DNA of 64,000 nucleotides. It comes from Octopus vulgaris. Taxonomy: Eukaryota. The stretch lies in assembly GCA_951406725.2 (NCBI GenBank), contig OX597839.1, forward strand, positions 30,566,001 to 30,630,000, in the 5' to 3' direction. Below, one piece after another: positions 1 through 13,496 of the stretch. The notes below the pieces were generated by a model. It ran no database searches. It was not told the origin of the DNA and saw only the letters and a program-made list of their open reading frames with translations. A program made the position numbers and the translations under genes. The number at the start of each line of letters is the position of its first letter. Within the stretch, counting starts at the first letter, position 1.

Positions 1-330
1 CGCAACGATCCTGGAGGAATTTGTTGAGGCAGCTTGTGCACAGTTTCTACATAATATTTAGACAAGCAATGGGCCTGTAGCTTTCAGGCAGCCTGGTGGT
101 TTCATTCTTGGCTACGAGATTCGTCCGTGCTATAGCAAAAGCCAATTTGTCATGTCAATCTGATCTTTCATAGTACTTTTGAATATACGTATTAGTGGTT
201 TCCTGTAAAATGTTAACTTCTTATACCAATGTCCAATTATTAGACCCCTTCTAAGTGTCTTCCCATTCAGCAGTTTGCCTACAGTTATGGTGAAAATTTC
301 CGGGTCAGTTGCAAGTTTTACTGCATTTAG
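1..330 (-). mobile_element. Decayed RLE-type non-LTR retrotransposon (R4/Dong-like) reverse transcriptase N-terminal region, cut by window edge
   Basis: Minus-strand translation with frameshifts: NGKTLRRGLIIGHWYKKLTF...ARTNLVAKNETTRLPESYRPIACLNIM*KLCTSCLN, matching the RT motif series also seen at 62257-62620; probably extends further right. Confidence 0.75.
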
Positions 331-759
331 CTACGAGCCATTGAGGTTGAGATTCCCCTTTTCGTTCCAGATTTTCAAGCAAATTGATTCAAGATCTTCT
401 TGAAAGAGAGCTTTCGTAACGATAATATTTTCCTTCCACATGTCTCTATATACTGCTGTGGGTTAGAAGCGAACTTGTGATTTATACAGACTCGTTTGCA
501 GTAGCGAAGATTTTCTCTCAGAGTCCTGAGTTCGGGTTTTAGAGTAATTGACCTCCCCCGAAGAGCTTGTTGTGGAGAGTCACCGTACAGTTTTTATTAA
601 TTTGTCTGTAAGATGTGACTGATGGGGTGTAAACTCATTTTTCCTCTAACATTTTATCATCGTTGTTAACAATCCAATATGGCGGCGTAGGTTGTTGATG
701 TTTTCTTTAAGTTTTGTTTTCCATTTAGGTTGTTTCGGTTTAGTACTTCCATTACCAGG

Positions 760-937
760 TATGTATGTATGTATGTATGTATGTATGTATGTATGTATGT
801 ATGTATGTATGTATGTATGTATGTATGCATGTAGCTGTTGGTCTGTCTTTTCTATCTATCCTTCAGATTATCTATGTATCTGTCTTCCTTTGTATTTTTC
901 CTATTTTTCTTCAATCTTTTCAAGGACACACATACAC

Positions 938-1015
<78 letters not shown>

Positions 1016-1145
1016 CAGTGGGCTGACGGCTCTCAAAGTTAATTAAAACACACGTGCTGAACCCGTCGTAAATTTAAAAGGCCATAATAGGGACCTTTTG
1101 CCCCCTTCATTTTATTGTTACTTTGCTATATTTTAACCGCATACG

Positions 1146-1192
<47 letters not shown>

Positions 1193-1665
1193 CCACTGAC
1201 AGACACTCATTCTAAAAGATCCCTCAATATCAACCACTTCATCCATTTGGGCTTTTCTTCGTATTTTATTGCTTATTGGAAAATACCCATCCCTTATCTA
1301 TCTATCTATCTGTCTGTCTGTCTGTCTGTCCATCTATCTACCTGTCTGTCTGTCCATCTATCTATCTGTATGTCTGTCTGTCTGTCCGCCTGTCTATCTG
1401 TCTGTCTGTCTGTCCATCTATCTACCTGTCTGTCTGTCTGTCCATCTATCTACCTGTCTGTCTGTCCATCTATCTATCTGTCTGTCTGTCTGTCTGTCTG
1501 TCTGTCCATCTATCTATCTGTATGTCTGTCTGTCTGTCCGCCTGTCTATCTGTCTGTCTGTCTGTCTGTCTATCTGTCTGTCTGTCTGTCCATCTATCTA
1601 CCTGTCTGTCTGTCCATCTATCTATCTATCTATCTATCTATCTGTCTGTCTGTCCATCTATCTAC

Positions 1666-1700
<35 letters not shown>

Positions 1701-1747
1701 TCTATCTGTCTGTCTGTCTGTCTGTCTATCTACCTGTCTGTCTGTCC

Positions 1748-1830
<83 letters not shown>

Positions 1831-2044
1831 CATTTATCTATCTGTCTGTCTGTCTGTCCATCTACCTGTCTGTCTGTCTGTCTGTCCATCTATCTATCTG
1901 TCTGTCCATCTATCTACCTGTCTGTCTGTCTGTCCATCTATCTACCTGTCTGTCTGTCTGTCCATCTATCTACCTGTCTGTCTGTCTGTCCATCTATCTA
2001 TATATCTATCTATCTGTCTGTCTGTCTGTCCGTCTATCTATCTA

Positions 2045-2075
<31 letters not shown>

Positions 2076-2166
2076 ATCTATCTATCTGTCTGTCTGTCTG
2101 TCTGTCCATCTATCTATCTATCTACCTGTCTGTCTGTCTATCTATTTGTCTGTCCATCTATCTACC

Positions 2167-2200
<34 letters not shown>
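760..2200. repeat. Microsatellite block: (TATG)n, (CA)n and ~900 bp compound (TCTG/TCTA/TCCA)n
   Basis: Directly visible tandem repeats; source of the spurious 300+ aa ORFs. Confidence 0.98.
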
Positions 2201-2203
<3 letters not shown>

Positions 2204-2214
2204 TGTAGATATTC

Positions 2215-2400
2215 TTTTATTCTTTTATTTGTTTCAGTCATTTGACTGGTGCCTTTAGTCGAGCAAATCGACCCCAGGGCTTATACTTTGTAAGCCTAGT
2301 ACTTATTCTATCGGTATCTCTTGCCGAACCGATAATTGACTGGGACGTAAACACACCAGCATCGGTTGTCAAGCGATGTGGGGAGACAAACAGACACACA

Positions 2401-2443
<43 letters not shown>

Positions 2444-2605
2444 GACGGGCTTCTTTCAGTTTCCGTCTACCAAATCCACTCACAAGGCTTTGGTCGGCCC
2501 GAGGCTATAGTAGAAGACACTTGCCCTAGGTGCCACACAGTGAGACTGAACCCGGAACGATGTCGTTGGTAAGCAAGCTACTTACCACACAGCCACTCCT
2601 GCACC
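2215..2605 (-). mobile_element. tRNA-derived SINE family A, near full length
   Basis: Head GGTGCAGGAGTGGCTGTGTGGTAAG (A box) ... GGGTTCAGTC (B-box-like), body, internal (TA)n, tail CAGTCAAATGACTGAAAC; more than 10 homologous copies in window. Confidence 0.92.
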
Positions 2606-2627
2606 TCGACCCAGGTGTATGTATGTA

Positions 2628-2686
<59 letters not shown>

Positions 2687-2714
2687 CTCTTCTGTTTTTT
2701 TAATTATTACAAAT

Positions 2715-3090
2715 CTTCCACTGAGGAGGGAACCGGTTTGCAACAAATCTACAGGCTCCATCATTGGGATGTAGTTAACAGAAACAAATTCACATTTGGA
2801 ACTTGAGAAAAGTCTTGCATATTTTTACTGTTCCACTCACAGATTGCACTTGTAATGTACGAATTATTTGCTCGATTTCTGTTTCTGAAAATCCCAGTTT
2901 TTCCAGATTCTCCTTTAAGCTTTTACTAACAAAACCCAGTGCTCCAATTATTATTGGTATGAATATGAATTCATAGTCTGGATATAGAAGCTGGTGGTTT
3001 CGAAGCAGATGTCCATAGATATCCTCTTTTTCTTTCATTTTTCAAAGAGATATTTATATTTGCGGGGCAGCTGACTTCTATGACTGTCTC
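2715..3090 (-). mobile_element. 3' end of RLE-type non-LTR retrotransposon (restriction-like endonuclease C-terminus plus 3' UTR)
   Basis: EVSCPAN...KEKEDIYGHL...FIPIIIGALG...VQSVSGTVKICKTFLKF (ORF 2790-3038), the K..KY / PIIIGALG pattern of RLE domains. Confidence 0.85.
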
Positions 3091-3099
3091 CCTTTAACC

Positions 3100-4322
3100 G
3101 CTATTCGTAATTGGCCCTGTTGGCATGTGGATCCCAGGACGCCAGCAGAAATTTCCTGAAGTGCAAGCAGGGTTCGAAGACTTGTGTCCTGGAGTTAAAG
3201 ATATTCCCTGGGTCGAGGGGTCTTTAATCCTCTCGTCCGTTTGACTATGCACGGTTTACAACGCTTGGTCCTATTTATGTAGGGGCCTGGATTTTCTAGG
3301 ACCTTACGTGTAGAGTTCTGTCGTATTCCAGATGTCATACATAGCTGGCTAAGGACGTAGCGTATGTCCTTTCCGGAATACAGTAAAGGGATCTGTGGTT
3401 GAAGACACGCTGTTTGACCGTGTTACCGGAACATGCGGGTGTTGGCGATGCTGTTTCTGTTTACATCGATGCTGCTGCTGCTGCTGCCTCTGTTGTTGGT
3501 CCCAGTGTTATTGGTGTTGGTGTCGTTAAAGCTGGCGCCAGCGCCGTTAATACTAGCGTAGGGGGACATCATCATCGATGGTGGCGCTGTTATTGGAACT
3601 GTTGGTAGTGTTATAGCCATCGACGTTGGTAATGTTGGAACTGTTATCGGCGCTATTGTGGTGGCTGAAGTTGTCGCTGTTGTTATTATTATCATTGGCG
3701 ATGGTGTTGCTGCTGTTTCTGTTCGGGTTGCTGCTGTTGTAGTAGTCGTTGGGAAAGCTGTTGCTGCTGCTGTTGTTGTTGTTGTTGTTAGGCAACAAGA
3801 CGGGTAAGGGTGATTAGGTGATGGTCTAGGCCTTAAGGCGGGAGACCCCAGACTTTGGGAGAAAATAAAACCTTGGTCGTCTTGTTGTAGTCGAGGGCCC
3901 TTCGTTGACGCCCGACACCACTGGGAGGTGGCCCTCGAAGTCGCTGGAAATGGAGATCTCCAGGTCCAAATTCATAGACGACTCCCTTGGTTTTGCCTGC
4001 CACTGGACATCTGTTCTAGACCCTGCATGAGCATCCCGCCTCCGCTCGTGGACTAGGAATGCTAACTAGAATGCTCTTAATATTGGGGGCGCAGCTAAAA
4101 GAGACCTTTAGGTTGTGTCTGTTGAAAATGCGTCCGTTTTGAGGATATACAACCCGATGAGGTCGCGTACATCAGCTCTGTCTTAGGCTCCCATCGCTAT
4201 GTCAAAAGAGCCTACGGGGTCGGATTGCTTGACCCAGGTGGAACCTTTATTGAACAGCACTGTTTTCCTGGCATGTATAATGACATCTATGTCCCTGTCG
4301 CTAATGTCAATGAAACCCCTAA
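3100..4322 (-). mobile_element. Decayed, internally deleted Penelope-like element (RT plus GIY-YIG endonuclease remnants)
   Basis: ISDRDIDVIIHARKTVLFNKGSTWVK...FDIAMGA*DRADVRDLIGLYIL (~4320-4140), IFNRHNLKVSFSCAPNIKSI (~4135-4070), TVKQRVFNHRS...TSLASYV* and PYINRTKRCKPC...NIFNSRTQVFEPCLHFRKFLL (~3420-3140). Confidence 0.8.
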
Positions 4323-4402
4323 TGGTTCCAGATTCAGTCCCACTGTGTGGCACCTTGGACAGTGGCTTCCACTATAGCCACGGGCCGACCGAAGCCTTTT
4401 GA

Positions 4403-4404
<2 letters not shown>
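4322..4404 (+). mobile_element. SINE family A fragment
   Basis: ATGGTTCCAGATTCAGTCCCACTGTGTGGCACCTTGG matches the family A head/body. Confidence 0.8.
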
Positions 4405-4452
<48 letters not shown>

Positions 4453-4865
4453 GGGGGAGAATTCACACAAAAAAAGACGAAGACAGGTGTAAATATATAT
4501 ATATATACACATGTGTGTGTGTAATGGAGACAGAGAGAGAGAGGAGGGGAAGGGAGAGAGAAATGAATGATACGAGGGGTAATATTGTCGGAAGTTTTAA
4601 TTGTTGCTGATGGTAGGTGAGAAGAGAGGTGAGAGAGGTCGGATGTTGAATGACGGCGTTAAATGATGTCTTTTGATGTTGCTTCGTGTTATCTCCTCCC
4701 TCTCTTTGCTCACTGGTCCTGCTAGAAACAGCAGCCAAATCTCATTTAAATTATATTTTCTCAAGAAAAAGAAAGAACATATTAGAGAATGTAGTCCTAG
4801 ATATACTGGGTACTCTCAACTGGAATCCGACCTTTGATCATGAAGGAGGCTGATTAGATCGACTG

Positions 4866-4920
<55 letters not shown>

Positions 4921-5100
4921 CCTGTCTCACCCACACCGTCGTTTTCTCCCCCCTCCCCAAATGTCATTCTTTTTCTGTTATTTTGTCCCAATATCTTGCA
5001 ACAAAATAGTATATCATCCTACTCTGTCTCACCCATATCCTTCAGTGTCTTCTCCCCACCTCTCCCCCGTCTTGCTTTATTATTATTATTATTACTATTA

Positions 5101-5157
<57 letters not shown>

Positions 5158-5383
5158 TGCAACCGGATGTAAAATAATTGTCCCAGTTGATGTTATGGTT
5201 CGAATTGATGTTAAGCTCGGTAGGGGCGGTCACCCAGGTACGTCTCCTAGGTAACATCATTCAATCAACCTTTCGTCTACATTGTTCGCCACACCAACAG
5301 GTTGACCGGCCCCAATTGACCGACCGTCACAACAGTCTGAACAACTAATTAACAAAACTAATGAACTTTTGTTAAATATCATC

Positions 5384-5454
<71 letters not shown>

Positions 5455-5476
5455 GATTGTTTATGTGTGTGTGTGC

Positions 5477-5536
<60 letters not shown>

Positions 5537-5621
5537 CTTTGAATAAACGTGAGTACATACGTTTGATATGTTTGTATAATTGTACACACACACACATGTA
5601 TGTATGTATGTATGTATCTAT

Positions 5622-5692
<71 letters not shown>

Positions 5693-6829
5693 AGTGTGTA
5701 CATATGTGAGTGAATGAGTCGGTGTAGGAGCTTGTTGCGGACATTTACGAGTTGTTGTCACACCTCACTGGACAGACTGTCATGTTTCGGACAACGGAAG
5801 GTGGAAGGAAGTGGAATTCAATAAGCTGGTGACCCCCTCTATTTTCTTCTTTATCCTTTTCTGCCTTCACCTCCCTAATTTCACACACACACATCGCTTC
5901 CCTCTTCCATTTCTCTCAATTCTAACGGTTCCCATTTTAGTAACCATCTTCCCTCACCCCTATACCCACCACTCCTATATCCACCCGCCCCATACCCGTC
6001 AACCCGCCGCCACTTAATGTTGGCCTCCACCCGCCTTCGTCACCCGCCTCTTTAACAAAGAAACTTTGTAATGAAGCAATTATTTTCGCCGTCTGCTCGG
6101 CTGAAATAGTCATTTGTCAAACGGTAGACATATTGGTTTCAGTGCTTTAACCTTCATTATGAAGGTGTTAGCTGCGCCTCGGCTCTGTTTTCGATTGTAT
6201 TTAACTGTTAATGTAATGGGACCTGCACTAAATCTAACCGGGACTCTGATGGTGTTAGTTGAGCCCTAAACTGATTCGTTTTATCTCCCTATTGTCATAC
6301 TCGGAATTGAGCAGTAAAATGTCAACTTAATTTTTATGATACCGGTGTGAGGTTGACCGCCTCGAATCCGAGCCTATGTAACGATTTTCTCATTGTTGTA
6401 ATTGTTTAACTCCAGCCCAGTGTTGACTGAACGATCTCTGCTCAAACAGTTTTCCATCCGTGACCATCTCGTTTTTTTTTGTTTTGTTTTTAGTAATAAT
6501 ATATATATAGAACTTCATCATCCATTGTGTTACACTCTTTTATGCGACAGTAGAAGTTTGCTTGAGGTAGATTTGGTTGTTATTTTCATCAGGTCGCGCA
6601 ATTAATTACATAGTGGTCCTTACGGTGTTTCGCCTCATTTAATGTCTGTTGTGCTGGTGTGAGTTGAACCCTAAACGTTAAATGTATTTAACCACAAGCC
6701 GGTTCTGATTGAATGATAAAAGTCACTCCTGCTCTTACCAAACCGTTTTTCTTCCTTCAAGACCGTTCTACACGCATCTTCAGTTGTAATACTCGGATGC
6801 ATCATCAGTGTTGTATCCTGGGATCATTG

Positions 6830-7090
6830 GCTGTTTCGTGTTTTACAGCATACACCTTCAACCGGGCGACCCGCCCTCGAATCCTCGACTGCCAATCTCC
6901 ACTGGTAAATATCTGTTTTTCTATCCATTCTTACGGTACTCCTCCACCAACTCCTGATTCTTGGTCCTTTTCCTCTCTTGCGTACTCCTCCAGCCTCTCC
7001 TTCCAGGAAACAGTTAATTCCAATGGGACTGACTGCTTTGATATCTGCTTTGACATCTGGTCTAAACAAGGTTTGAGTGATATACTTAGA
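6830..7090 (-). mobile_element. HERO/NeSL-like RLE non-LTR element, 3' part (endonuclease)
   Basis: KYITQTLFRPD...LELTVSWKERLEE...PVEIGSRGF across frameshifts (RPD...ELTVPWE...VEVG.RGF motif). Confidence 0.75.
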
Positions 7091-8190
7091 TAACCTAGAT
7101 TGGTTTCGGCCATTATCGGCCCAGGCCATGATTAACTCAATAGCACCACCTGGAAAAGTCTTTTAATTAATCATTTCGGGACACTAGGGACTACTCAAGC
7201 AGGTAGTTGTTGTTGGCTGAGACGTATCCAGGTGTAGGTGGCTTATCCGGTATTTCTTGAAGGAATTCGTCCAGGTACCGTTTGAAAGTTGTTGGGTCTT
7301 TTTCTACTTTAATTTCTTTCGGGATAACATTGAAAAGAGCAGGACCATTTGCAGTGAAGAAATTGAGTTGCAATGTTCTTATGTGATGTGATCTCGACCT
7401 TCGTAAGTGTCGCATTTCACGGGGGCCTAGTCTTGGGTGAATTGTAAACATAATACCGATATCGTTTGGATAATATTGGTGGAATATTTTCCGCATGGTG
7501 CAAATAAAGTATCGCTCACGACGGCGTTGCAGAGAATTGAGTTTCAGCTGTTTAAGTCGAGCCCAATAATCAAGTCCCGTCATGTTATCTATTTTTTTAG
7601 TGATTGATCTTTGTGGTGCTTCGATCCTCATTATGTCTTTTTCTTTTTTCAGGGGACCACAATGGGTGGCAGTATTTGAGGTGATGACTAGCAAATGTGG
7701 AGAAGAGAAGGATGACAGTTTCATGATCCCCAGATTGGAAAGTTCTGAGGATCCATGAGCACATTCTGATGGCCGCATCGACTATTTTGTTGATGTGCAC
7801 ACTCCAGCTAAGGTTGCTGTCAACAGTTACACATAAGTCCCTGATATTATCCGACGGTTCAATTAGGTCTCCCGACGATAAGTGTATGTGGTTGTTTGAG
7901 TGTGCCCTCTTTTCCAATGTGGATAAGCTCAAATTTTTCTTCGTTCAGCTGCATATTGTTTTTTTGTTTTTTTTTGTTGTGCCCACTGGGTTACTGCGCA
8001 TAGGTGCGATTGAAGCATCGTTCGATGATCATATGTTCCCTTAATAACTTTCTGAAGCTTAGACTCATCTACAAGTTTTTTAATTGTGCTATGTTCAATG
8101 GGATTTGCATTGTCATTGATATAGACAATAAAAAAAAATAAAGTGGACCCAGCAGAGTACCCTGCGGTACTCCGCTCGGGACTTTTGCTG
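7091..8190 (-). mobile_element. 5'-truncated CR1/L2-group LINE nested in the HERO-like element
   Basis: SGVPQGTLLGP, RDLCVTVDSNLSWSVHINK, YWARLKQLKLNSLQRRRERY, GPALFNVIPK, FKRYLDEFLQEIPDKP; 3' tail hairpin GGCC-GATAAT-GGCC-GAAAC. Confidence 0.9.
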
Positions 8191-8720
8191 GTCTTGAAAT
8201 TTTAATAGATTCTCCAAGTCAACTTTCCAGTTAGTTCTTTGATGTGCAAAGTAGACTATCAGATCTGTTGTTGGGGCTTTTCTTCTCCTTAATAAAGAGT
8301 ATCTTTCTCGATGATGTAGTGTGTGAATTTCTGCTGTCTCTGATCCTTTGCAGATTGCCTCAGTAATAGTCTTGAGGACATAATCGTGCCTCCAGCGAGA
8401 GTACTCTTCACTCTGTACCAGGAAGCAGCAGCTGCTTAGGAGATATTCGAAGGCCCCTGTCTTAGAACACGAGAGACATACAGGGGTTTTCACTAAGTCC
8501 CGTGTAAATAGGTTAGAGTGGAGAAGACATAATACCCCGGTCCCTGCTTAAGGAACACAATCCTTTCAGGGTTCCGTTTCTAGCTGGTCACATTTCCTGC
8601 ATCGCCCTCTCCCACTTCACCAAGCATCCTACTTCGCATCGACGCTGCCAGCATGTATGTATACAATTTATGGTCGTTGACAGCAGCAACAGAGCCCTTC
8701 AGCTCTTATTTCTAGCAGTG
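8191..8720 (-). mobile_element. HERO/NeSL-like RLE non-LTR element, zinc-knuckle region
   Basis: PVCLSCSKTGAFEYLLSSC...YSRWRHDYVL...WKVDLENLLKF (ORF 8113-8493), decayed CCHC knuckle plus RHD motif. Confidence 0.78.
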
Positions 8721-8771
8721 TAGGTGTTCTAACACCCTCCGTCTTATTTGATGACAATTATTATTTTCCTT

Positions 8772-9077
8772 TTATTCTTTTATTTGTTTCACTCATTTGA
8801 CTGCGGCCATGACGGAGCACCACTTTTAGTCGTACAAATCGCTAAGTTACGGGGACGTAAACAAGGCAGCATCGGTTGTCAAGCGAGGGTGGCGGGACAA
8901 ATACAGACACACACACTCATACGTCGGGCTTCTTTCAGTTTTCATCTACCAAATCCACTCACAAGGTTTTGGCCGGCCCGAGGCTATAGCAGGAGACCCT
9001 TGCCCAAGATGCCATGCAGTAGGACTGAACCCAGAACGATGTGCTTGGTAAGCAGGCTACTTACCACACAGCCACTA
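8772..9077 (-). mobile_element. SINE family A copy with internal deletion
   Basis: Homology to 29231-29646. Confidence 0.88.
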
Positions 9078-9111
9078 TATGTATGTATGTATGTATGTAT
9101 ATGTACATACA

Positions 9112-9147
<36 letters not shown>

Positions 9148-9165
9148 TGTATGTATGTATGTATG

Positions 9166-9228
<63 letters not shown>

Positions 9229-10051
9229 AAAACACGTATGTATGTATGTATGTATGTATGTATCTATCTATCTATCTATCTGCCATTCTAAAAGTCCCGA
9301 TACAAAAAGCAGGTAAATCTCAACCAAACCATAAACCCAGATTCTCCAAGAATCTAGAATGGCACAAGTCGCCATCAATAGTATGACGCCACCAATATCC
9401 TGGATATTACAATGGCGTCGGGAATATTTTCTGGATACAATTAATTCATTTGGGGAAAACTGTGGCCGATTTAATCGTCATTTTCATTTGATAGGCATGA
9501 TCTTCCTGTCTGGCCCAGTTTAGCCATGGCCTTCCTAACCGAAATAATTGAAAGCTGTTGGACAGAACCAGGTAGACAACCTGGTCATGTTAAAAGGCTT
9601 TCTTATCATATAGCCGGCTTCATACTGATACTTTAAGCGCTGGAAACCCTCAAATGGCCACTTCTTCATCATAGCACCACAGGGCTAAACCAAGAATATT
9701 GTTTACTTTGAGATTTTGGATTAAATCAACGACCCAGAAATTGCTGCTGCTGCAATTCCTACCGAACTGGGAATTGAACAAAGAAACAGAGAAAGTGGGA
9801 ATTGAACAATTAGTTTGTAGTGTTTTGTGGAAATTAATCAGATTACCGTATATGAGTACTTTAGTACAGGAGCTGGGCAGCGCTGGACACCTTAGCTAAT
9901 ATATATATGTGTGTGTGGATATGGATGTGTTTATACACATCCATATCTACACACACACACACACACACATACATATATACACATACTTACATACACACGC
10001 ACATATATAATGTACGTAGTTGTGTATATATGATGTACATTATATTATGTC

Positions 10052-10500
10052 AGGTCACTTTCGAGTGCTACTGGTAACATGTAACCCTGTACAACCTGTT
10101 GCATGGTTGGGTCGACGGCGTCTAAACCGGCAACCCCACCAAGCTTGCTTGGTGAGGAGGGTGTTTATTGGACATCCTGCGGGATGAAAAACAAAACCCG
10201 TCAAAGGGCGGAGGAACTCCTGAGAGTCAACGGCCATCCAATAAATGTCTTAAGGCTGTATCATGCGCGGGGACATAGAAATCGGACTGAATACCCGATT
10301 GCACGGTTAAACCAATGGGAGTGAAGGACTCTTGGCCTTTGTTAGGGCATCCTTTTAGGAGAAGGTAACTGGGATAACTCCGACAAAAAACCTGCGGCTC
10401 AGTGGTTACCGATGATGTTGACTTGTTCTTCTTTTCGGATTATGGCTGCTGTTGCTTAGTGAGTGGGATTGATTCAGTGCACAGCCTTTCCTCACTTAAA
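10052..10500 (+). mobile_element. Probable RTE-clade 5' UTR-derived repeat
   Basis: GC-richer island with GGCATCCTTTTAGGAGAAGGTAACT, resembling the GGCAACC..TAGGAGAAGG.AACT motif recalled from RTE 5' regions; no ORF. Confidence 0.4.
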
Positions 10501-11210
10501 AATAAAATCTTCTTGCACAGGCATTGCACGATAACAACATTGATTAAGCTTCGTGCAATGGCCATACTCGATAACGAGGGGGCAGCCACCATATATGATA
10601 TATGTAAGTGTATATCTACATACATACATTCATACATACATACATACATACATACATACATACATACATACATACATACATACCTACCTACATACATACA
10701 TACAATGTATTCCTATATATTTATATACACGTATATATGATTTATGTGTGTATCTATATATATATACATATTTGTATATATACATATGTGTGTATGTATA
10801 TATATTTAAATATATATATGTGTTTGTATGTTATATAGATAATTCCTTTTGCTTGTGGATATATACGTATGTATGTATATATGCATATATATGTATGTAT
10901 GTATGTATGTATGTGTGTGTGTGTATGTATGTATGTATGTATGTATGTATGTATGTATGTGTATGTGTATGTGTATTCTTCTATGTCCTTTCATCACCTT
11001 CCAATGTTGTGGCCACCATTGCTTAGTCAACTGTAAGAAAATCTATTACTTGTCTCTTTTAAATACACTTTGCAAAGACCACCCTAACCTAACCCGCCTC
11101 CACCCTCTTTCTACCCAGGTTTTCTGTCGTCTTTCTCAATTTCCTCCCCATCTTCTTGGTCACATCTATTGTAGCTGATTAATTTTATGCACTCACACAC
11201 ACGCGCACAC

Positions 11211-11287
<77 letters not shown>

Positions 11288-11551
11288 CTTTTGCTTTGTT
11301 TTTTCTGCTGACCAAGACCTGCTCCCCACCTCCTTTCTCAAGATATTGGTCAACCGGAGACTATAGTAGAAGACAATTGCTCAAATAACCTCAACGGGAT
11401 TGAACCTGGATCCACATGGTTGCGAAAGGAAATTCATAACCACATGCCTTCTCTCCTTTTCTATCTCTATCAGTCTCTCCCCATGTCTCTCTATCTGTCT
11501 GTATATAGACAAACCTTTTATAAATATACGCCTACAAACACACGCATATAT

Positions 11552-11606
<55 letters not shown>

Positions 11607-11677
11607 TCACGTGTATGTAAATATATATATATATACGTGTATAAATATACGTAGTATATATATACATATATATATCC

Positions 11678-11717
<40 letters not shown>

Positions 11718-11819
11718 ATATTCATGTACAAATATGTACATATGTAACACACACACACATATATATATGCAGGATTGTTTTATATGAACAAACATAGCAT
11801 ACATTTCTCCTCTGTCTCA

Positions 11820-11864
<45 letters not shown>

Positions 11865-11874
11865 CCACATACAC

Positions 11875-11910
<36 letters not shown>

Positions 11911-12050
11911 TATATATACACACAGATAATTAATAAGTGTGTGTGTGCGTGTGTGTACGTGTGTGTGTGAATGTGCGTTTGTGTAAATTTCAATTTGTTC
12001 AGTGAACAAGAAAGAGCGCCAATGAGAAAATGTCGTTCATTTATTCTTAC

Positions 12051-12134
12051 CTTCTGATCCGTCTCACAAATGGCTGCGCTTTCATCACTGAGACAAGATG
12101 TCGCCTCGCTTCTTTCAGTGTCGACAATGGCGTC
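12051..12134 (-). other. Candidate 84-nt internal exon of an unidentified gene
   Basis: Acceptor TTTAAAG| and donor AAG|GTAAGA; length is a multiple of 3; open as DAIVDTERSEATSCLSDESAAICETDQK or TPLSTLKEARRHLVSVMKAQPFVRRIR; unique island between microsatellites. Confidence 0.35.
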
Positions 12135-12152
12135 CTTTAAACGTACGCACAC

Positions 12153-12242
<90 letters not shown>

Positions 12243-12406
12243 ACACACACGTACGCACGCACACAAACACACACACAAACACGAATATACACATATGCCC
12301 ATACACACAAATTTAACCAAGCCACAGCCACGTATACATACGCACATGTATATGTACATCTGTACATATATATATATGCACATACCCACATCGACAAACA
12401 CACACA

Positions 12407-12487
<81 letters not shown>

Positions 12488-12591
12488 TATCAACCAGTGT
12501 TGGCCAAGCGAAACTACTTGACTTTGGTGATCATGAATCTATTTTTCTCCACCCTTTTTTTTTAACTGCAGTGTAAGTTATGATGATGAAC

Positions 12592-12657
<66 letters not shown>

Positions 12658-13332
12658 ATTGACTCATCCTATGCGGCTGCTGTTTGTGCGGAAACCGAAT
12701 ATTTCACAGTCCTCAATTCGCTGCATCTCTTACGCCCATCCGTGACCATCACTTAGCTATTTCCATATACTTTGTAGGCTCTTAAGTATATCGCTGCATT
12801 GCTGCATATAGTTTTATTTTATTAATAGGAAGTTATATACAGATTAGAATTGGGCCCCTAGGCCAGTGAAGAGCCCGGGCAAGTGCCCAGTGTGTAAGAC
12901 GACACTGCCTTTGATATATACCTCTTGTCTACAAATCTAACCCTAATCGAACCCTCAGCGTTCCTGCATCATCGCGCGGTTTGTCCAATCGCCGCCTTAT
13001 CGTGGCTGCCCCTCACACACCCTCGTACCACACACTATACCTATCCTGCGCATCCGGATCGTGTGTATTTCAAATCGACTAATTGGTTCCATGTGATTAC
13101 TGGCAAGCCTATGTACTGCATCCTTGATCCACCAGAAAGAGCTGAGATGGGGCAACTAACACGATCCTTTTTATGTCCCTACATATCCGAAACAACACAA
13201 CCAAATCTCGTAGACTCTGTTTAGTTCAATAAGGAATGGGTGCCACCTTGTAGCAGTTGGGGTGGGTTGTGTGGAAACACGGTCTATAAAATCTGGGAGC
13301 AAATCACCAACCCGTTAAAACATAACTCACAC

Positions 13333-13409
<77 letters not shown>

Positions 13410-13496
13410 CATGGAAGAGAATCAGATATTCTCCGTATAGAATACACTTAGTTGTGCTCATGGAGTTTAAACTTGATTCGGGTTTAGAAATAAATG

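Noticed and set aside
692-2258. Long ORFs of 310-376 aa (and similar ones at 23504-25005, 29653-31675, 41424-42816)
   Set aside because: They are translations of stop-free microsatellites (YIYI, LSVC, THTH), not genes
6562-6582. TGAGGTAG let-7-like seed
   Set aside because: The rest of the mature sequence does not match and no precursor hairpin is evident
9330-9720. Possible decayed LINE endonuclease region on the minus strand
   Set aside because: No unambiguous motif could be reconstructed by eye
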